Shown here one piece after another: positions 35,429-48,575 of a stretch of 64,000 nt of DNA; the first letter of the stretch is position 1, and each line of letters starts with the position of its first letter. The stretch is from the NCBI GenBank assembly GCA_028534125.1, contig CM052816.1, forward strand, positions 11,162,001-11,226,000, written 5' to 3'. Origin of the DNA: Lama glama (taxonomy: Eukaryota). The translations under genes were made by a program, and so were the position numbers. The notes beneath the pieces are model-generated. The model saw nothing but the letters and a program-made list of their open reading frames with translations. It was not told the origin of the DNA and did no database searches.

Positions 35429-36598
35429 TGCAGGCTTCCCAGTGAGACAGACTGTGATGGGATCCCAGGCTTCACCTTTACGAGCTGTGAGGCCTCGATG
35501 AGTCTCCATTTTCTCAGAGACAGTAATGGAAGCAAAACGAGGCTTAAGTGAGACTAGGCCTGGCACGTGCCAGCCACTCCGTCGGGGTAATTGTCTTTAG
35601 TGCTGTGGAAGTGTTAATGACAAGCTAGTGACAGTGAAGCAGGCTCCCCCAGGCCTGGTGCAAAGTGTCTGGGGTAGCTCTACTCAAGCATCCAAACTCC
35701 ACATTCTCTCTGCACTTGGGCGCCACCTGATCGCAGGCTTCAGTGGAATTTACGTCTTACCACAGCTATCAGCACCTGCCAAGAGCTGTATTTTGGCTTG
35801 ATGTGAACACCTCATGTGAGGTGAAGCTTTTGCAATTTTGATAACTGAGGTTCATTCCGAGCCAACCTAATTTGGCCCTTTCATTCATTCATTCATTCAT
35901 TCATGCATGATACTTTGATGGTCATTTGTTGGCACTGGGGCAGCAGATAAATTATAAGCAGTTCCTGTCCTCAGAGTAGGGGAATGGGCATGAGGACGTG
36001 TGTTCTAGAAAACACAGCCCCAGCCTTTCACAGGGCTGACTTGTGGGCATCAGTTTAGGTCTCAGCCCAAATGCCAGGTCCTCAGACAGGCCTTCCTCCA
36101 TTCCCCTCCCTAAACAAGGCTGCCAAGGACTCTGTCCCATCAGCCCATTGAAGGCCTTCATAGAGCTTGCTGACTTCCTTACAAACAGCAGGGGCCCTAC
36201 CTTCTTCATCTCCGTATCTCTCGAACACAGAGAGAGGGCTGGCTCACAGTGGGAGCGCAGTCAGTATCTTTGCATAAGTGAATGAATAAAGTACTGGAGG
36301 AACTTGATGGTGCTGGGGGAGCACAGAGGAGGAGCACTGCCTTCTGCCTGAAATTGTCGCTGAGGGCTTCCCAGAGGAGGTGCCATTTCAGATGAGCCTT
36401 GAAGGATGAGAGGGAGTTTGACAGGCAGACAAAGGTGGGTAGCTGTTCCAGTCTGAGGGGAAAGCGTCTGCAAAAGCAAGAGGTCCCAGAGAGTTCAGGA
36501 ACTCGAAACGTTTTAGCCGGACAAGTGGGGGCCAGGTCACAGGAGGGCAGGAATCAGGCCCAGAAACTGAAGTGGGAACCAGATCACTAAAGATGCCA

Positions 36599-36819
36599 GC
36601 ACTCAGCTGCCTGCTCTGTGCCAGGCACTGAACTAAGTGTGACGGACAGGACAGTGAGCGAGAGGTATGCAGTCCCTGACCTCAGGGGACTTACCTTCTG
36701 GCAGCACTGCACTCAGCTGCCTGCTCTGTGCCAGGCACTGAACTAAGTAAGTGTGACGGCAGGACAGTGAGCGAGAGGTATGCAGTCCCTGACCTCAGGG
36801 AATTTACCTTCTGGCAGCA
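36599..36819. repeat. Tandem duplication, ~110-bp unit x2, within an L2 remnant
   Basis: Copies at 36599-36706 and 36709-36819 differ by a few substitutions and small indels. Confidence 0.95.
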
Positions 36820-37488
36820 GAGACAGATGTGACATCAATCCATAATGATTTATATTTAATCATTAAACAAAAATAATTTAAAACATTGTAATTAAGCATC
36901 ATGGAGAAGAGCAGGGTGTGATGCGAGCCCATAACAGGGAGAGCTAACCTGGTCTAGGGATTAAAGAATCTTCCCCACTTTGACTCTTAAATCAGTCCTG
37001 GAAAAATCCATTGCCTGATGTCTAAAATTACCTTTAACTGTATGTACCACTGGGGGTACATATATGCTAATGAGTTCAATAAATTCATCCCTAGAAAGAA
37101 ACACTTGGCTTGATGCCATTTATATAATATTTTAAAGCATGAAAAATATTCTTAGTGTCTATTTGTATCAACATATAGTGTAAAGGCATGTATGGGAATG
37201 AAAGACACCAGCATCCATATGGCGGCTCCCTTGGAGGTAGGGGTGAAGTTGAAGTAGGACTCTCACTGGGGAGGCTGCGTTGAATTGTATTTGTAATGTT
37301 TTATTTCTAGGCTGGGGATAGATACACAGGTCAATTTTATTCTATATACCTTTTCATATTTTTGAACTATTTCATTAAAAAAAATAAAGATAACTGAATT
37401 CTATACTACGTATTTTTTGTTAGTCATCATTACCGCAAAAGAAATTGTAACATCTGTTCTCCAAGAGAGTACAAGGAACGGAAATACG

Positions 37489-37841
37489 AGAAGAGAGCCA
37501 AGATGGCAGAGTAGAGTGACCCCCAGCTCGCCCTCTCCCACAAATACACCAAGAATTACATCTACGAGCCCACTGAATCGCACAGAACACCTACTGAACT
37601 CTGGCAGTGTCTCTCACTTCGAAATATAGGAGGATTCTCACAAAATCCAATAAGCAATAAGTTCATACTGTATAGCATGGGGAACTATATTCAATATCTT
37701 GTAGTAACTTACGGTGAAAAAGAATACGAAAATGAATATATGTATGTTCATGTATGACTGAAGCATTGTGCTGTACACCAGAAATTGACACAACATTGTA
37801 AACTGACTGTACTTCAATGAAAATATATATATATTTTCAAA
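37489..37841 (+). mobile_element. Internally deleted L1 (5' UTR start fused to 3' end) with TSD
   Basis: L1 5'-type start caagatggcagagtag...cacagaacacctactgaac joined at about 37649 to an L1 3' end; degenerate TSD at 37473-37488 and 37842-37858. Confidence 0.75.
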
Positions 37842-40800
37842 AAGGAAATGGAAATATGTAGGTGGTACCAATTCTATCACATATTGTGGGCTAAGTAAAG
37901 TCCAAGCCCATAAAAATATTTATTAGGTCAAAAACGTTCCCCAGTCCTGCAAGTTCTTCTCAGAGATTCTGTATACAAAACACGAAGTAAGTAATAGAAA
38001 GAAATGCTCTTTTCTAAAAATCTGCCCCTGTAAAAGCAACTCTTCTTGTAAATGAGGACTCTTTGGTGACTGGCTGGACTGTTTGTAAATTCTCTTTATT
38101 TGGGAAAGAAGCAACTAAAATGGAAAGCAATCCAGGGAAGGCAGAAATAACTAGAAACTCAAATTTTCACCAACAATTCGAAGTCTAGGCACCAGGGAGA
38201 CAGTGCCCTGATGGATGGCTAAGTGCATTGGAATTGCTGATCCTCTGCCCCAGCATAAATGGCTTTCAGTGGTACCCCTCGGAAGGGACTCCTGGACTTG
38301 CATGCATCCCTGGGCTCTGTGACTGAGGTCAAAACTGGTCCAGAGGAGCAACAGTGAGTGGGCTTCCTTGCTGCAGAATATTTTCTCATGAGGCCATGGC
38401 GGGTCTCTGGGGGGCAGTCCTTAAAATAGCCAGTGAGGAGTAACTGGACTGGCGGCCAGTTATTGATCCTTCAGCAGAGTGCTAGCAGCTGTCGTCAGCC
38501 CAGGGTAATAGAGAGACCATGGACCTGCCCGCCCCCGGCAGAACACATTTCCCCAAATCCTTATCACAGACCCAGAACTAAAAGCCCTAGCTAATTTGCT
38601 ACCTCAGCAGTACAAGGTCTAATAATATCCTCTGATAAATGGAGATAAATACCGTTTGGAAGATGGACAATGCTTTCTAGATTGACAGTCCAATCCTAGG
38701 AGACCTAGAGGCGTCAAGCCATCATCTGAAGTGAAAGTCTATAAAACTCTTTCCCACCCCAGACCGGTGTCCATAGGCCTAGTCAATTGCTAAATCCATT
38801 ATCCATCCATCCATCCATCAAAACATGTTCCAGTGTCTATCTGTGTCAGGTTCCACTCCAGGTTATGGGATAGGAAAATGCCCAGGATTCTGGCCTGAGA
38901 AGCACACAATCAATGTTGACCACATACCCACTGGAAACAGGACTTGGCACAAGATTTCTAAGGAAAGATCGTCCCTTCAGCTTTGATATGCCAAGTAAAT
39001 GAGCTGATGAGATCAGTGATAAAGGCTAGAGAGTCTTGCCCAGGAACAGCCAATCGATTTATTGTATTCCTGTGTCACTTATACTCAACTGGTGACGGCT
39101 GTCTGGAGCATTGTGATAAGAATGAGTTTGAGTGACAGTTCAGGTGGTGGGAGAGAATCTGTTGGTTGATTAGTGATGTCTGGTACAAGTGAAGAGTGAG
39201 AGAGAGGTGGAACATATTCATGTTCTCCGGTGCAGTGAAAAGACACTGGGCTAGAAGCCTAGACGCAGACTCTGCTTTTACTTCTATCAGGAACTGTGTA
39301 TCCTAGGCAAGTTAGTTGCTTTCTCTTTCTCGGTTTCCTGAATCTATAGGACAAGAATGATAATGTACTCTCTGCTCTGTCTTCCTCCCAAGTTTGCTAG
39401 TGAGAATCAAATGAAATATGAGAAAGTATTTAATCACCCAATACTTATGCTTATATTGTGGGTTAATATTATTCTGAAAGAATTAGGCTTTAATGGGGAG
39501 GAGAGGGCCGTGGGGAGGACAGATCAGCTTGTTTCCCTTTTTTATAGATTTAATTTTGGTTTTCTGTTCTTCACACTACAGAAGGCACTTGCATGAGGTA
39601 GGGTCCTTTTGATGTCAAGTAACATTCATAGCACGGGAAGAGTATCATTAAGAATTCCCCTAAAATGAGGGGACAGAGCTCTCACAAGGACCAGGCTCGT
39701 GGAGACTGGTCGCCAGTTCAAGTTAAGGGGGTGGTTTATCATCAAATGTCACCCGAGGGCCTTATCCCTCTCTCAGCTGTGGGACTTGGAGTCCCCACAG
39801 CATGACACCTCTCACGGTTACTCCCCCACGTGGTGCTGGTGACGACAGCGGCGATGCGGATAAAGAGCTATTGATGCCCTGTCAGGTGCTTGACCACAGA
39901 TTTACTGAGACGACTTCATTTAATCCTTCCAGCCATCCCATGAGGTATTCGCATTTTAGAGATGAGTTGAACAAAGTCTTCAGAGGTCTTCCAACTTCAC
40001 AGAGCTAGGGAGGACCATCTGAAAGCAAAATCTGTTGAGGTCTTGCTCACTGCACTCTACTGGGAGTCTCCACGCCAGATGATATAACCACCCAACAAAG
40101 AGTAATTCAAGCCCCAGGCCAGGAGTTGGTTGACAGCCCCGACTGCCCCAGTAGCTAGAAGTTCTGTGATTCTAACCCCATGAACACCAGTGGAAAGGAC
40201 CATTGTCTTAAGGGTTATTTTTATTATCTTTCTGGAACAGGCAACTTGAGGGAGCTGAAGCAAGCACGATTAACCCAGGAATCTTGCACTTCTATTATTC
40301 ATGATTTTTTAAAAAAATAAAGTGCTTTGGGTTCAGTTCTAGCATTGCAGCAAAAAATGAGAATTTTCCCCTATTTCACTCACATCACCTGTTTCTGTTC
40401 CCAGAACTCGTAAAATTTCCATTTTCTAATATCACGTTTTACAGAGGCCTTGTCCATAATGTAGACCACATCCTTTTAGCATTTACATCCTAGCAGGTAA
40501 ATAACATTAATTTTAAGAAGTTCCCATCATATGCTTCTTACGAACTAGCTAAAATCTATATATAGTGCAAATGCCTGGGCCTGTCTAGACCACCAAAAGG
40601 AACTACTCTGCCATAGAACATTGGGTAAAAGTTTGTTGAATCGACAGCCCCCTTATATTCATTGAGTTCAAAATATCTTGTTGAAATGTCACACCTTAAA
40701 TTGTGTCTAGTTTGCCCACAAAGTGATTACAGGGACTTACAGGTGGACAGTGTGGCCAGATGGAGCTCAGCTGTTCAGCCCCAAATTCAGCTCAAGCTTA

Positions 40801-41479
40801 GGGGCCAGAATGCCCAGGAAGCTGGTATTTGCCTCCCCATTTATCAGTGTGAAAACAGAGGCACGGACTGTCAAATAATCATGGTAAGAGAGACAAATGT
40901 CAGAACTTGGATTTGAACCCAGGGCTGAGTAACTTCAGGGGCTGCTCTCCTGAAGATGCTGCCTCCAGCAGTGCAGAAACCACTAGACTAGGCGGAAATA
41001 ACTTTGTACCTAACTGATGGGCTCAAGCATGTGCTATGCTTATGCAGTTCTGTAATTAAAAATTCATTTTCACCCTGAAAAAATATTATTTCTCTAAATA
41101 ATACTTTCTCCCTTCAATTCCTCCCTTTCAGGCCATACTGATCACTCACCTGGGGGTATTTCAGAGAGAGTGGGGACTGTTGAAGGAGAAAGAAAAGTAC
41201 AAATTTTAAAAGGTTATAGGATTCGGGAGGGCTCTGAGAGAACTTTGCTGGACTCCCACAATGCCCAAGTTATAACTGGAAAAACACAGCTTATCTAAAA
41301 AATACTTTTTCTTACGGCATGCTCATTATAGAAACATTAGCCGTAGAGAAAAGCGCAAAGGCAATAAAGGCAATTCACAATCCACAAATACTCTCAACAT
41401 TTTAGTATGTATCACCTTACTCTTTTCTATCTTCTGGACACCCATATTCATTCATGCAATCATTGATTTCTACCACCTT

Positions 41480-42170
41480 TCCCCTAAGCTCTCTCCTCCC
41501 TCCATGATGCCTTTCCCCAAAAATAATACTACCATTTGCCTAGTTGCTCAGGACAATACCTAGCAATGATGTTTGATTCCTCTTTTGAACATCCCACATC
41601 CAGTTCATTGACCAATCTCATCTCTCTCTCTCCCACCTGCCAAATAAATCTAATTCCAAGGTCATCACCCACATCTAGACCACCACCTGCTCTTGCTTTC
41701 AAACTGACCTCCTTGCTTCTGTCCTTAGCTCTCTGTCTCTCTAGAGGGTTCTCAAAACAACAACTAGACTGATCCTTTTTGAAAGAGTTTCGTCATATCT
41801 CACCCCTGCTGAGAACCTTCCAATAGCTTCCTGTCACACTCAGAATAAGATCCCAGGGCTAACCCAGGGACTAGAAAATCCCCTGTGATCTACTGCTCAC
41901 CCCCACCACCCCTACGACCTTTTCCGTCATTGTTTCCCACTCCCCACCCTGCTTTCTACACCCCAGCCACAGGAATAGCGGGACCCCACCCCCACCCCGG
42001 CTGGAACTCTGCTCGCAAACTGTGCACATGATGACTTGTTTTCATGCAGATCTCTGCTTTCTCATGGTCTCTCTCCCATCAGAATGAAACTCCAGCAGAG
42101 CAGGGAACTTTGTTTACCTCGTTCACTGCTGAGGCTCCATGTTCTAGTACAGTGTCCGTTGCAGAAGAGA
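41480..42170 (+). mobile_element. L2 fragment
   Basis: cctagttgctcaggacaatacctagcaatgatgtttgattcc...ccttccaatagcttcctgtcacactcagaataag. Confidence 0.65.
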
Positions 42171-42237
42171 TATGCACGTTGGCCGAGACTGAAAATCACA
42201 CTAGCAAACGTAAGGCTGCACCTGTGATAAGTGCATG

Positions 42238-42600
42238 TACTAGTCAGGATAAGCCAGGTTACACTGCAATAACGAAGAACCCCCATATCTCAGTTTACCT
42301 CAAATAACAAAGAATTGTTTGTTTCTCTCTCACAATATATGACCATCATACTCCAGTGGGGATGGAAGATGGTCTCTGCCCAGGTCACACTCACACAGCA
42401 ATAAAGGTTGACTGAGTCCCGATCACTGGACAGTTCCAAGTCCATGGCAGGGAAGAGAGATAAGAGCAAATTGGACTGTTTCTTTAAGTCTTTTACGGGG
42501 AATTGATACACGTTTCTGTTCTCACTTCATGGGCCAAAGCAAGTCATGTGGCCACAGTTAACTCCATGGAGGCAAGGGGTGCACGATTTAATCTTGTCCC
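42238..42600 (-). mobile_element. MaLR LTR (MLT1-like)
   Basis: tagtcaggataagccaggttacactgcaataac...gccaaagcaagtcatgtggcc. Confidence 0.6.
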
Positions 42601-42988
42601 TAGACCAAGGGGAATCGGAAGAACAGGGTGTCGGCAAAGTCTCAAAACATAGAAGAATCATAATGGACAGTTTGTTGATACTATACTAGTTTGTGATAGA
42701 ATTATATTTTCTGGTTTCCAGACACATGGATACCCTGCATTTTGTCAGTAGCACTAATGACCCTCACTATGCTATGCAGAAAATGTCCTTTTCATCTATG
42801 GTGACTCTAAGGACACAGAATAGGGATCTGACTCCTATTTGTGGGCAATGATACTTGAGCCGAGATCTGAAGGGTGTGTAGCTAAAAGGAGAAGAAAGAG
42901 TTCTTGGGCTTTGGGTCTGGGGTACCAGGAGAATGGTAGGAGATGCAGCAAGAGAGGCAGACAGGACCAGGGCTCTGTGCCATGTGTA

Positions 42989-42990
<2 letters not shown>

Positions 42991-43021
<31 letters not shown>
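42991..43021. repeat. (TG)n microsatellite
   Basis: Read directly from the sequence. Confidence 0.95.
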
Positions 43022-43023
<2 letters not shown>

Positions 43024-43471
43024 TGGGGGGTGCAGTATGCATGTATTTTTTTACAGTGAGTTATCAAACTCAAATTGTTTCACAGACTGTTTTTTTAAAC
43101 TTACCATTATATCATAAACAACTTTCCTGGTCATTACCAACACTGACACAACTTATTTTTAATGACAGCAAAGAATACCATTCTATAATCAAATCATAAT
43201 TCATTTAACCCATCTCCTACTGTTCAGCTTCAGAACTTCAATTTTTTCATGACTATAAATGACACTACAGAAAAGACCCTTGTAATTTGGTCTTTGGACT
43301 CTTCCACCATTACTCACTTTGGATAAATCACTCACAGTACAATCGCTAGCTAAATGCACGTACACATCTTTTAATTTTTTTTTCTTTAAGTGAATTGACA
43401 ATTCATCTTCTGAAAAGCTTCTGTCACTCTGAACTCACACAACGAATATGGTGTTACTTTAAACGTTAAGA

Positions 43472-43811
43472 GCCTTTTATTTTTTATTTTATTTATTTAT
43501 TTATTTATAAATTGTTTTTGCTTTTTGTGCATTATTTTATTTAAATATTAGTAAATGCCGTGGTTCTTCTTCCATTTGCTCAGGTCAAATACTTGATTGA
43601 GACATTTTTTAAAAATTGAGATATAATTGACATATAACATTCTATAAGTTTAAGGTGTACCATGTATTGATTTGATACGTTTATATATTGTAATATGATT
43701 ACCACTGTAGGGTTAGATAACATTTTGTTTTTGATGGAGGTACTGGGGATTGAACCCAGGACCTCATATATGCTAAGCTTGCACTCTACCACTGAGCTAT
43801 ACTGACCCCCC
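43472..43811 (-). mobile_element. Vic-1-like SINE head plus L1 3'-end fragment plus unique sequence and A-rich tail, flanked by one TSD
   Basis: SINE at 43733-43811; L1MA-like 3' end at about 43610-43722; A-rich tail at about 43475-43530; direct repeat taaacgttaaga at 43460-43471 and 43812-43823. Confidence 0.75.
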
Positions 43812-44829
43812 TAAACGTTAAGACTTTTGGATGTTACTGTATTTCACTATTTTGTAGCACAACACATTATGCTAGAGTCGAGGCAAAGAGTTTGGAGGAG
43901 AGAGACCTCCAAGTGCACAGGGATACTTCATTGAGACAAAGCAGCAAAACTCATCCATCAGACAACAGTTTCCAGTAAGTACCCATCACCGCATCCACAG
44001 TATAGATCTCTCTGGCAGCAAACATTCAGGGGCCATATAATTCAGGAGTTATTGTCGAAACAGATCAATGGGTCCAGCATATGATAACAAGCTTCCACCC
44101 GCAATTGAGAGCTGGGGAGTCTGTGCTTCTCTTGACAGAGCGACCTGGATGGTGAATGGTAAATCACCATTCAGCCCCAGGCAGGAGGCGGCGCTTACTT
44201 TTCCCTCCCAGCCCTGAAGCGGCGGAAGGGGAAGCAGTGTGGCTTTGTGGTTTGATTAGAGGCCTGGGCCATTAGGACTTCAGGTCCTCTTTTGGGCTCT
44301 GCCAGTGGCTTCTCCCATGGCCTCAATACTGTCTGTCTCCCTTTTCTTAGTGGTGAAAGAGAGGCAGCAATGCTAGCCGCTTCCACAGAAAGAATACATC
44401 CAAATGCTTACAGACTTTTAACACATCTGGGCATCCAGAAGGGACACCTGTTGCCCAGGGCAATTCATTATTTTTAAAGACCACCATTGCATCAGAGATT
44501 TTGTTGTGTCATTTTATAAACATCTGGGTTTCATGGTCACTTAAAGAGGGCAAATCAAAATGAAGGCACCGATGAGAAATAAGATAGCTGGAAAACTGTC
44601 TTTTCTTTGTTTCACAATAAACCAGTAAGCAAAGTGCTATTAAAATATGAAGCTTGTTAGGTGTATGAAAACAATGTAGAAGAAATACTTCTTATAGTTA
44701 GGGAAAGATAGCAACTTACTGTTGAATGAAAAAGATCATGAAAGCAACATGATCAGCATGATTACATTTTTTTAAATTTTGAGCACATACATATGTAAAT
44801 ACATTAAACACAGAGCAAAAACTCTAGAG

Positions 44830-44831
<2 letters not shown>

Positions 44832-44862
<31 letters not shown>
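44832..44862. repeat. (CA)n microsatellite
   Basis: Read directly from the sequence. Confidence 0.95.
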
Positions 44863-44864
<2 letters not shown>

Positions 44865-45559
44865 TATCAAGTGGTTGTCTGTGGATTTTCATTTTCCTCC
44901 TCTTGACCAATCTCTACTTTCTGATTTTTCTACAATGAACATGAATTACTTGAGTGCTAAAATTACTTTAAAGTAAGTGATGAATATTTTAGAGGACAAT
45001 GATCTTTGTGAACCTAAATAGAGAATAAACCGGGAAGCCTTCATATTATGTAGATGGATACAATCCAAAACTGAGTAATATGAAATATTTGTTTTCATTG
45101 GAAAGAAGTAAGTAAATCAAGGGGAGAAGGCATTTCCTGACTTGAAGGAGAGATATTCAAGAACCTGATTAGGAGTAGTTATAGAGTTTTGTATCACCAC
45201 TCAGAAAACTCTGTCTCTAGTTTTATGGATCAGATTCTCTTCCTCTGCAGAGGAAGTAGAATTTAGTTTCAGTCACAGAGCCGATCGCCTCTTCATATTA
45301 TACCAGCAGTTGTCAACCCAACACCTAGCACCACTCAGTCTCATGTAAGTCTGAGGCCTCTCATGGCCCATCACACACATTCATGTACACCAAGTACAAG
45401 CCTGTGGCACCAAGTAACAGAGCTAAGGGGGGCTGATCCATGGCTATGATGAAAACAAGCCTATATATGGCAGCTCTTCTTGTAGACTGTGAAGGGACCC
45501 AATGAAATGTTGAAAGAATAGGATGGACAAATATTCGTAACCTGACCACCATCTATTCC

Positions 45560-45950
45560 CCCTTTTGCTGTTACACACTTGAACTTTGCTTTGGGGAACT
45601 AGCCCTTCCTGAGTGGATACAATCTTGGTGGAACTTTCAGTCAAGAGTCCTGCCCTCTTCTGGCTGATGGTTTGGTACAGGTCTCAAGGTAGACCAGGCA
45701 TGTGTTCTGTCCACGGACACTGTCCTGAGGGGACTGATAAGGGATCTCGCTCGTGACCATTGCAACACCCAAAAGTAGGGTCCCTTCATTCCTATTGCCT
45801 CAGAACTGCCTGGTTTCTGCCATTCCTCGAGATTCCCAGTCTTTTCTTCACCTCTGTATGCTACCCTATATTTCCAGAAGATTCCTTTCTTGTTTCACTT
45901 AGCCAGATTTAGTTTCTGCTGCTCAAGACCAAGGAACTCAAAGAGACACA
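45560..45950 (+). mobile_element. MaLR LTR (MLT1-like)
   Basis: ttcctttcttgtttcacttagccagatttagtttctgctgctcaagaccaagga. Confidence 0.55.
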
Positions 45951-46745
45951 AAGTTCCCTTTTCATGGACCACTTTCACACCCAGTCCTCTGAGTCTTCTC
46001 CAAGTCACAAGATGATACTGGATAATTAATATATATTATCTATTAATATAACATATATTATTCTATTATAGTGCCCCCCAAATTGCACCCTTTTGAGACT
46101 GAATCCACCACCACCATCTGCTATAAGAAGGAAAACATTCTGATACACAACTAATGCAGAATAAACTGAGATCCTGGGAAACAGAACCCAAAGCAATGAT
46201 GATGGAACAGCAAAAGTTTTGTGACCTCCCACCAAGTAAAGAGCTCTGAAAAGAGAAAGGGGGGTAAAAAAAGCAAAGATGGGATGACATAACATACAAA
46301 CCACTCTAGGCTGAGACTCCAAGGAGCTGGTACCTAGGATGGAATTAGGAAGCTGATGACCCCAGGCACTTCTACGTGACATCCCTAAGGTCTAGAAAGG
46401 AGACAGCATAATTCCTCAGCCATCTATGTCTTTGTCCAAATTCCCAGAAGACAGATTCTGCCCACCAATGACTGCTTTCCCCCAGGCCAGGTGTCCACCA
46501 ATGGTTCAATCACCTGTGGTCACATAAGGACAAGTTCAAGTCGCATGAAAAAGGACGAAGAAGCCCAGGCCTGGGGGAGGAGAGAACAGTTACAAAAGGC
46601 AGGGACGAGAGCTGGGAAAGGGGTGTCCGGTGCAGCAGGGCAATTTTAGAACAAGAAGGGATGAGAACCAGGTCCCCAGTTCCCACACTAAGGTTTCAAC
46701 TACCAGACTGTATTATCACTTAGGATACGAGCTTTCTGACAGAGA

Positions 46746-46799
46746 GGGTCACGTTAGATACTTTCCAAAGCCGGGTCACATTAGATACTTTCCAAAGCC
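46746..46799. repeat. 27-bp tandem duplication
   Basis: gggtcacRttagatactttccaaagcc twice, one mismatch. Confidence 0.95.
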
Positions 46800-48339
46800 C
46801 TGCCAGCTACAGAGCACTGTGGCAAAGTTTAAGTACAGTTTGAGGATTACTTCATTAGTGAACATCGAATGTTTATCCACAGCCTGTGTTTCCATGGGGG
46901 TAGGCGTGTATCGTGTGGTGATACAGCGTAGATTTTAGAGTCGGATGCCCTGTTTCAATCCTAGCTCTCCAGTGTACCTCCAGTTTCACAGAAGCTCTCC
47001 GATGCTGCCTTGTATACTTATTATGAGGGACACATGAAGTAATCAATGCAAAGCCTGGCAATTTATTTTTACGATATATAAAAATTCTACTGTTATTATA
47101 GAAGAAAAAAAGTATGAATAAAAAGCATTTTTCTCTTTCTGCCTGATTTCAGTTTTTAATCCACCAGCCACTCATAATCTGATTATCAACCTTTTGCTGT
47201 ATAACTGATCTCAGAAATAATTCTTTATTATGATGACCTCTTTGGATAAAGTGGAATGAACAAGACAGAAATCCCAATTTCATCATATAACCACTGATAA
47301 TTGATTTTTTTTAAGGTGATGCAGGAAAAGGAAGCACATTGCTCTCTAAACCTTGGTTCAGACAGTGAATATTAACACTAAGCAACTCCCTCCCCTTGGC
47401 TCCCCCCGCCGCTGCACCCACACCCTCCCCACTTCATCCTTCCTCCCAGCATTGTCCCGGCTCCTGTGATGTACCCTCCCATGGCTCTCTTCAATAGCGG
47501 AAAAAAATACACTTTTTATTGATTTCATTTCATATACATTTATGCTGTTGGTTGGCTGCTTTTATGTTACATCCAACCTTCAGAATTCAGGTTGAATATG
47601 TCATGCCACGGCTCGCAGGAGGCCTGCAGAGAGAGCGCCCCTGGACTTTAATGGGAGCCGAGTACATTCAAAGGGAGAATTTTGCTTTCAGTGTATTTAA
47701 CATTGTTTGCCTAGAGTTCTGCCTCCACGGGGGCTAACATCTGTGTAAGACAGCAGGGAGGGGAGCTCCTGGCCTAGGCCCTGCTGAGAACAAAGCCAGG
47801 ACACCTGAAAATGAAAGGGCTCCCATCCTTCAAAGCTTTCCTAAGCCGGCACTGCTCCTCATTCCCCTGCATCTCTTGACGCTTTTACTGCCTCTGTCTG
47901 CTGCGCTGAGCAGCTACCCGCAACATCATTGGGCCAGTTTATAAATGTGCTATAAATGGCATCATATTATAGGCATCCTAACGCCAGTTGCTCTCCTGAA
48001 TCAGTGTAATGTTTCTGAGATTGATCCCCACGGCTCGAGTTTGTTCATTTTAATAGCTGGAGAGCATTTTATTGTTCATCATGTTTTATTCCTTAAGCTG
48101 AGTGATGGGTACCTCCGGTGTTTGTCGTAGTCTTTTCTCAACTTTATAGGAGGTCGGGAATACTTCATGATTTAAAAAAATAAAGTGAGTGCTGTCTTTT
48201 GAGTTCTCCTGGATGGGTAAGGCTTCCGGGTAAGGCTGAACCAGCAGGGAGCAGGGGGCAGCTTCCCGCTCACCCACACCCTTGGCCCTGTAGGCTTGAG
48301 CCCAGCAACTCAGAGTTTTATTCTGACACCTAGTCATGT

Positions 48340-48575
48340 TTCCTGAATAGGTATGCTGCTCCAGGCACTGCGCCAAGTGCTTTGAGAGGCTGATCTCATC
48401 CAGTCCTCATAACAACACTACCGGGATTGGGGGGCGTCACTATTATCCTGTTTTTATGGCTGAGAAAACCAAGGTTCAGAAGTTTGGTAACAGGGCTGAC
48501 ATCTGACGGCAGGAAGGTGTGCAGCCAGGATTCGAGAGCAAGCCTGTCTGACCCCGGGGCTCATGCTCTCGCCAG
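48340..48575 (-). mobile_element. MIR SINE
   Basis: ccaggcactgcgccaagtgcttt...gagaaaaccaaggttcagaag. Confidence 0.65.

Noticed and set aside
36599..36819. CRISPR-like or other repeat-spacer array
   Set aside because: Only two adjacent copies, no spacers, eukaryotic context.
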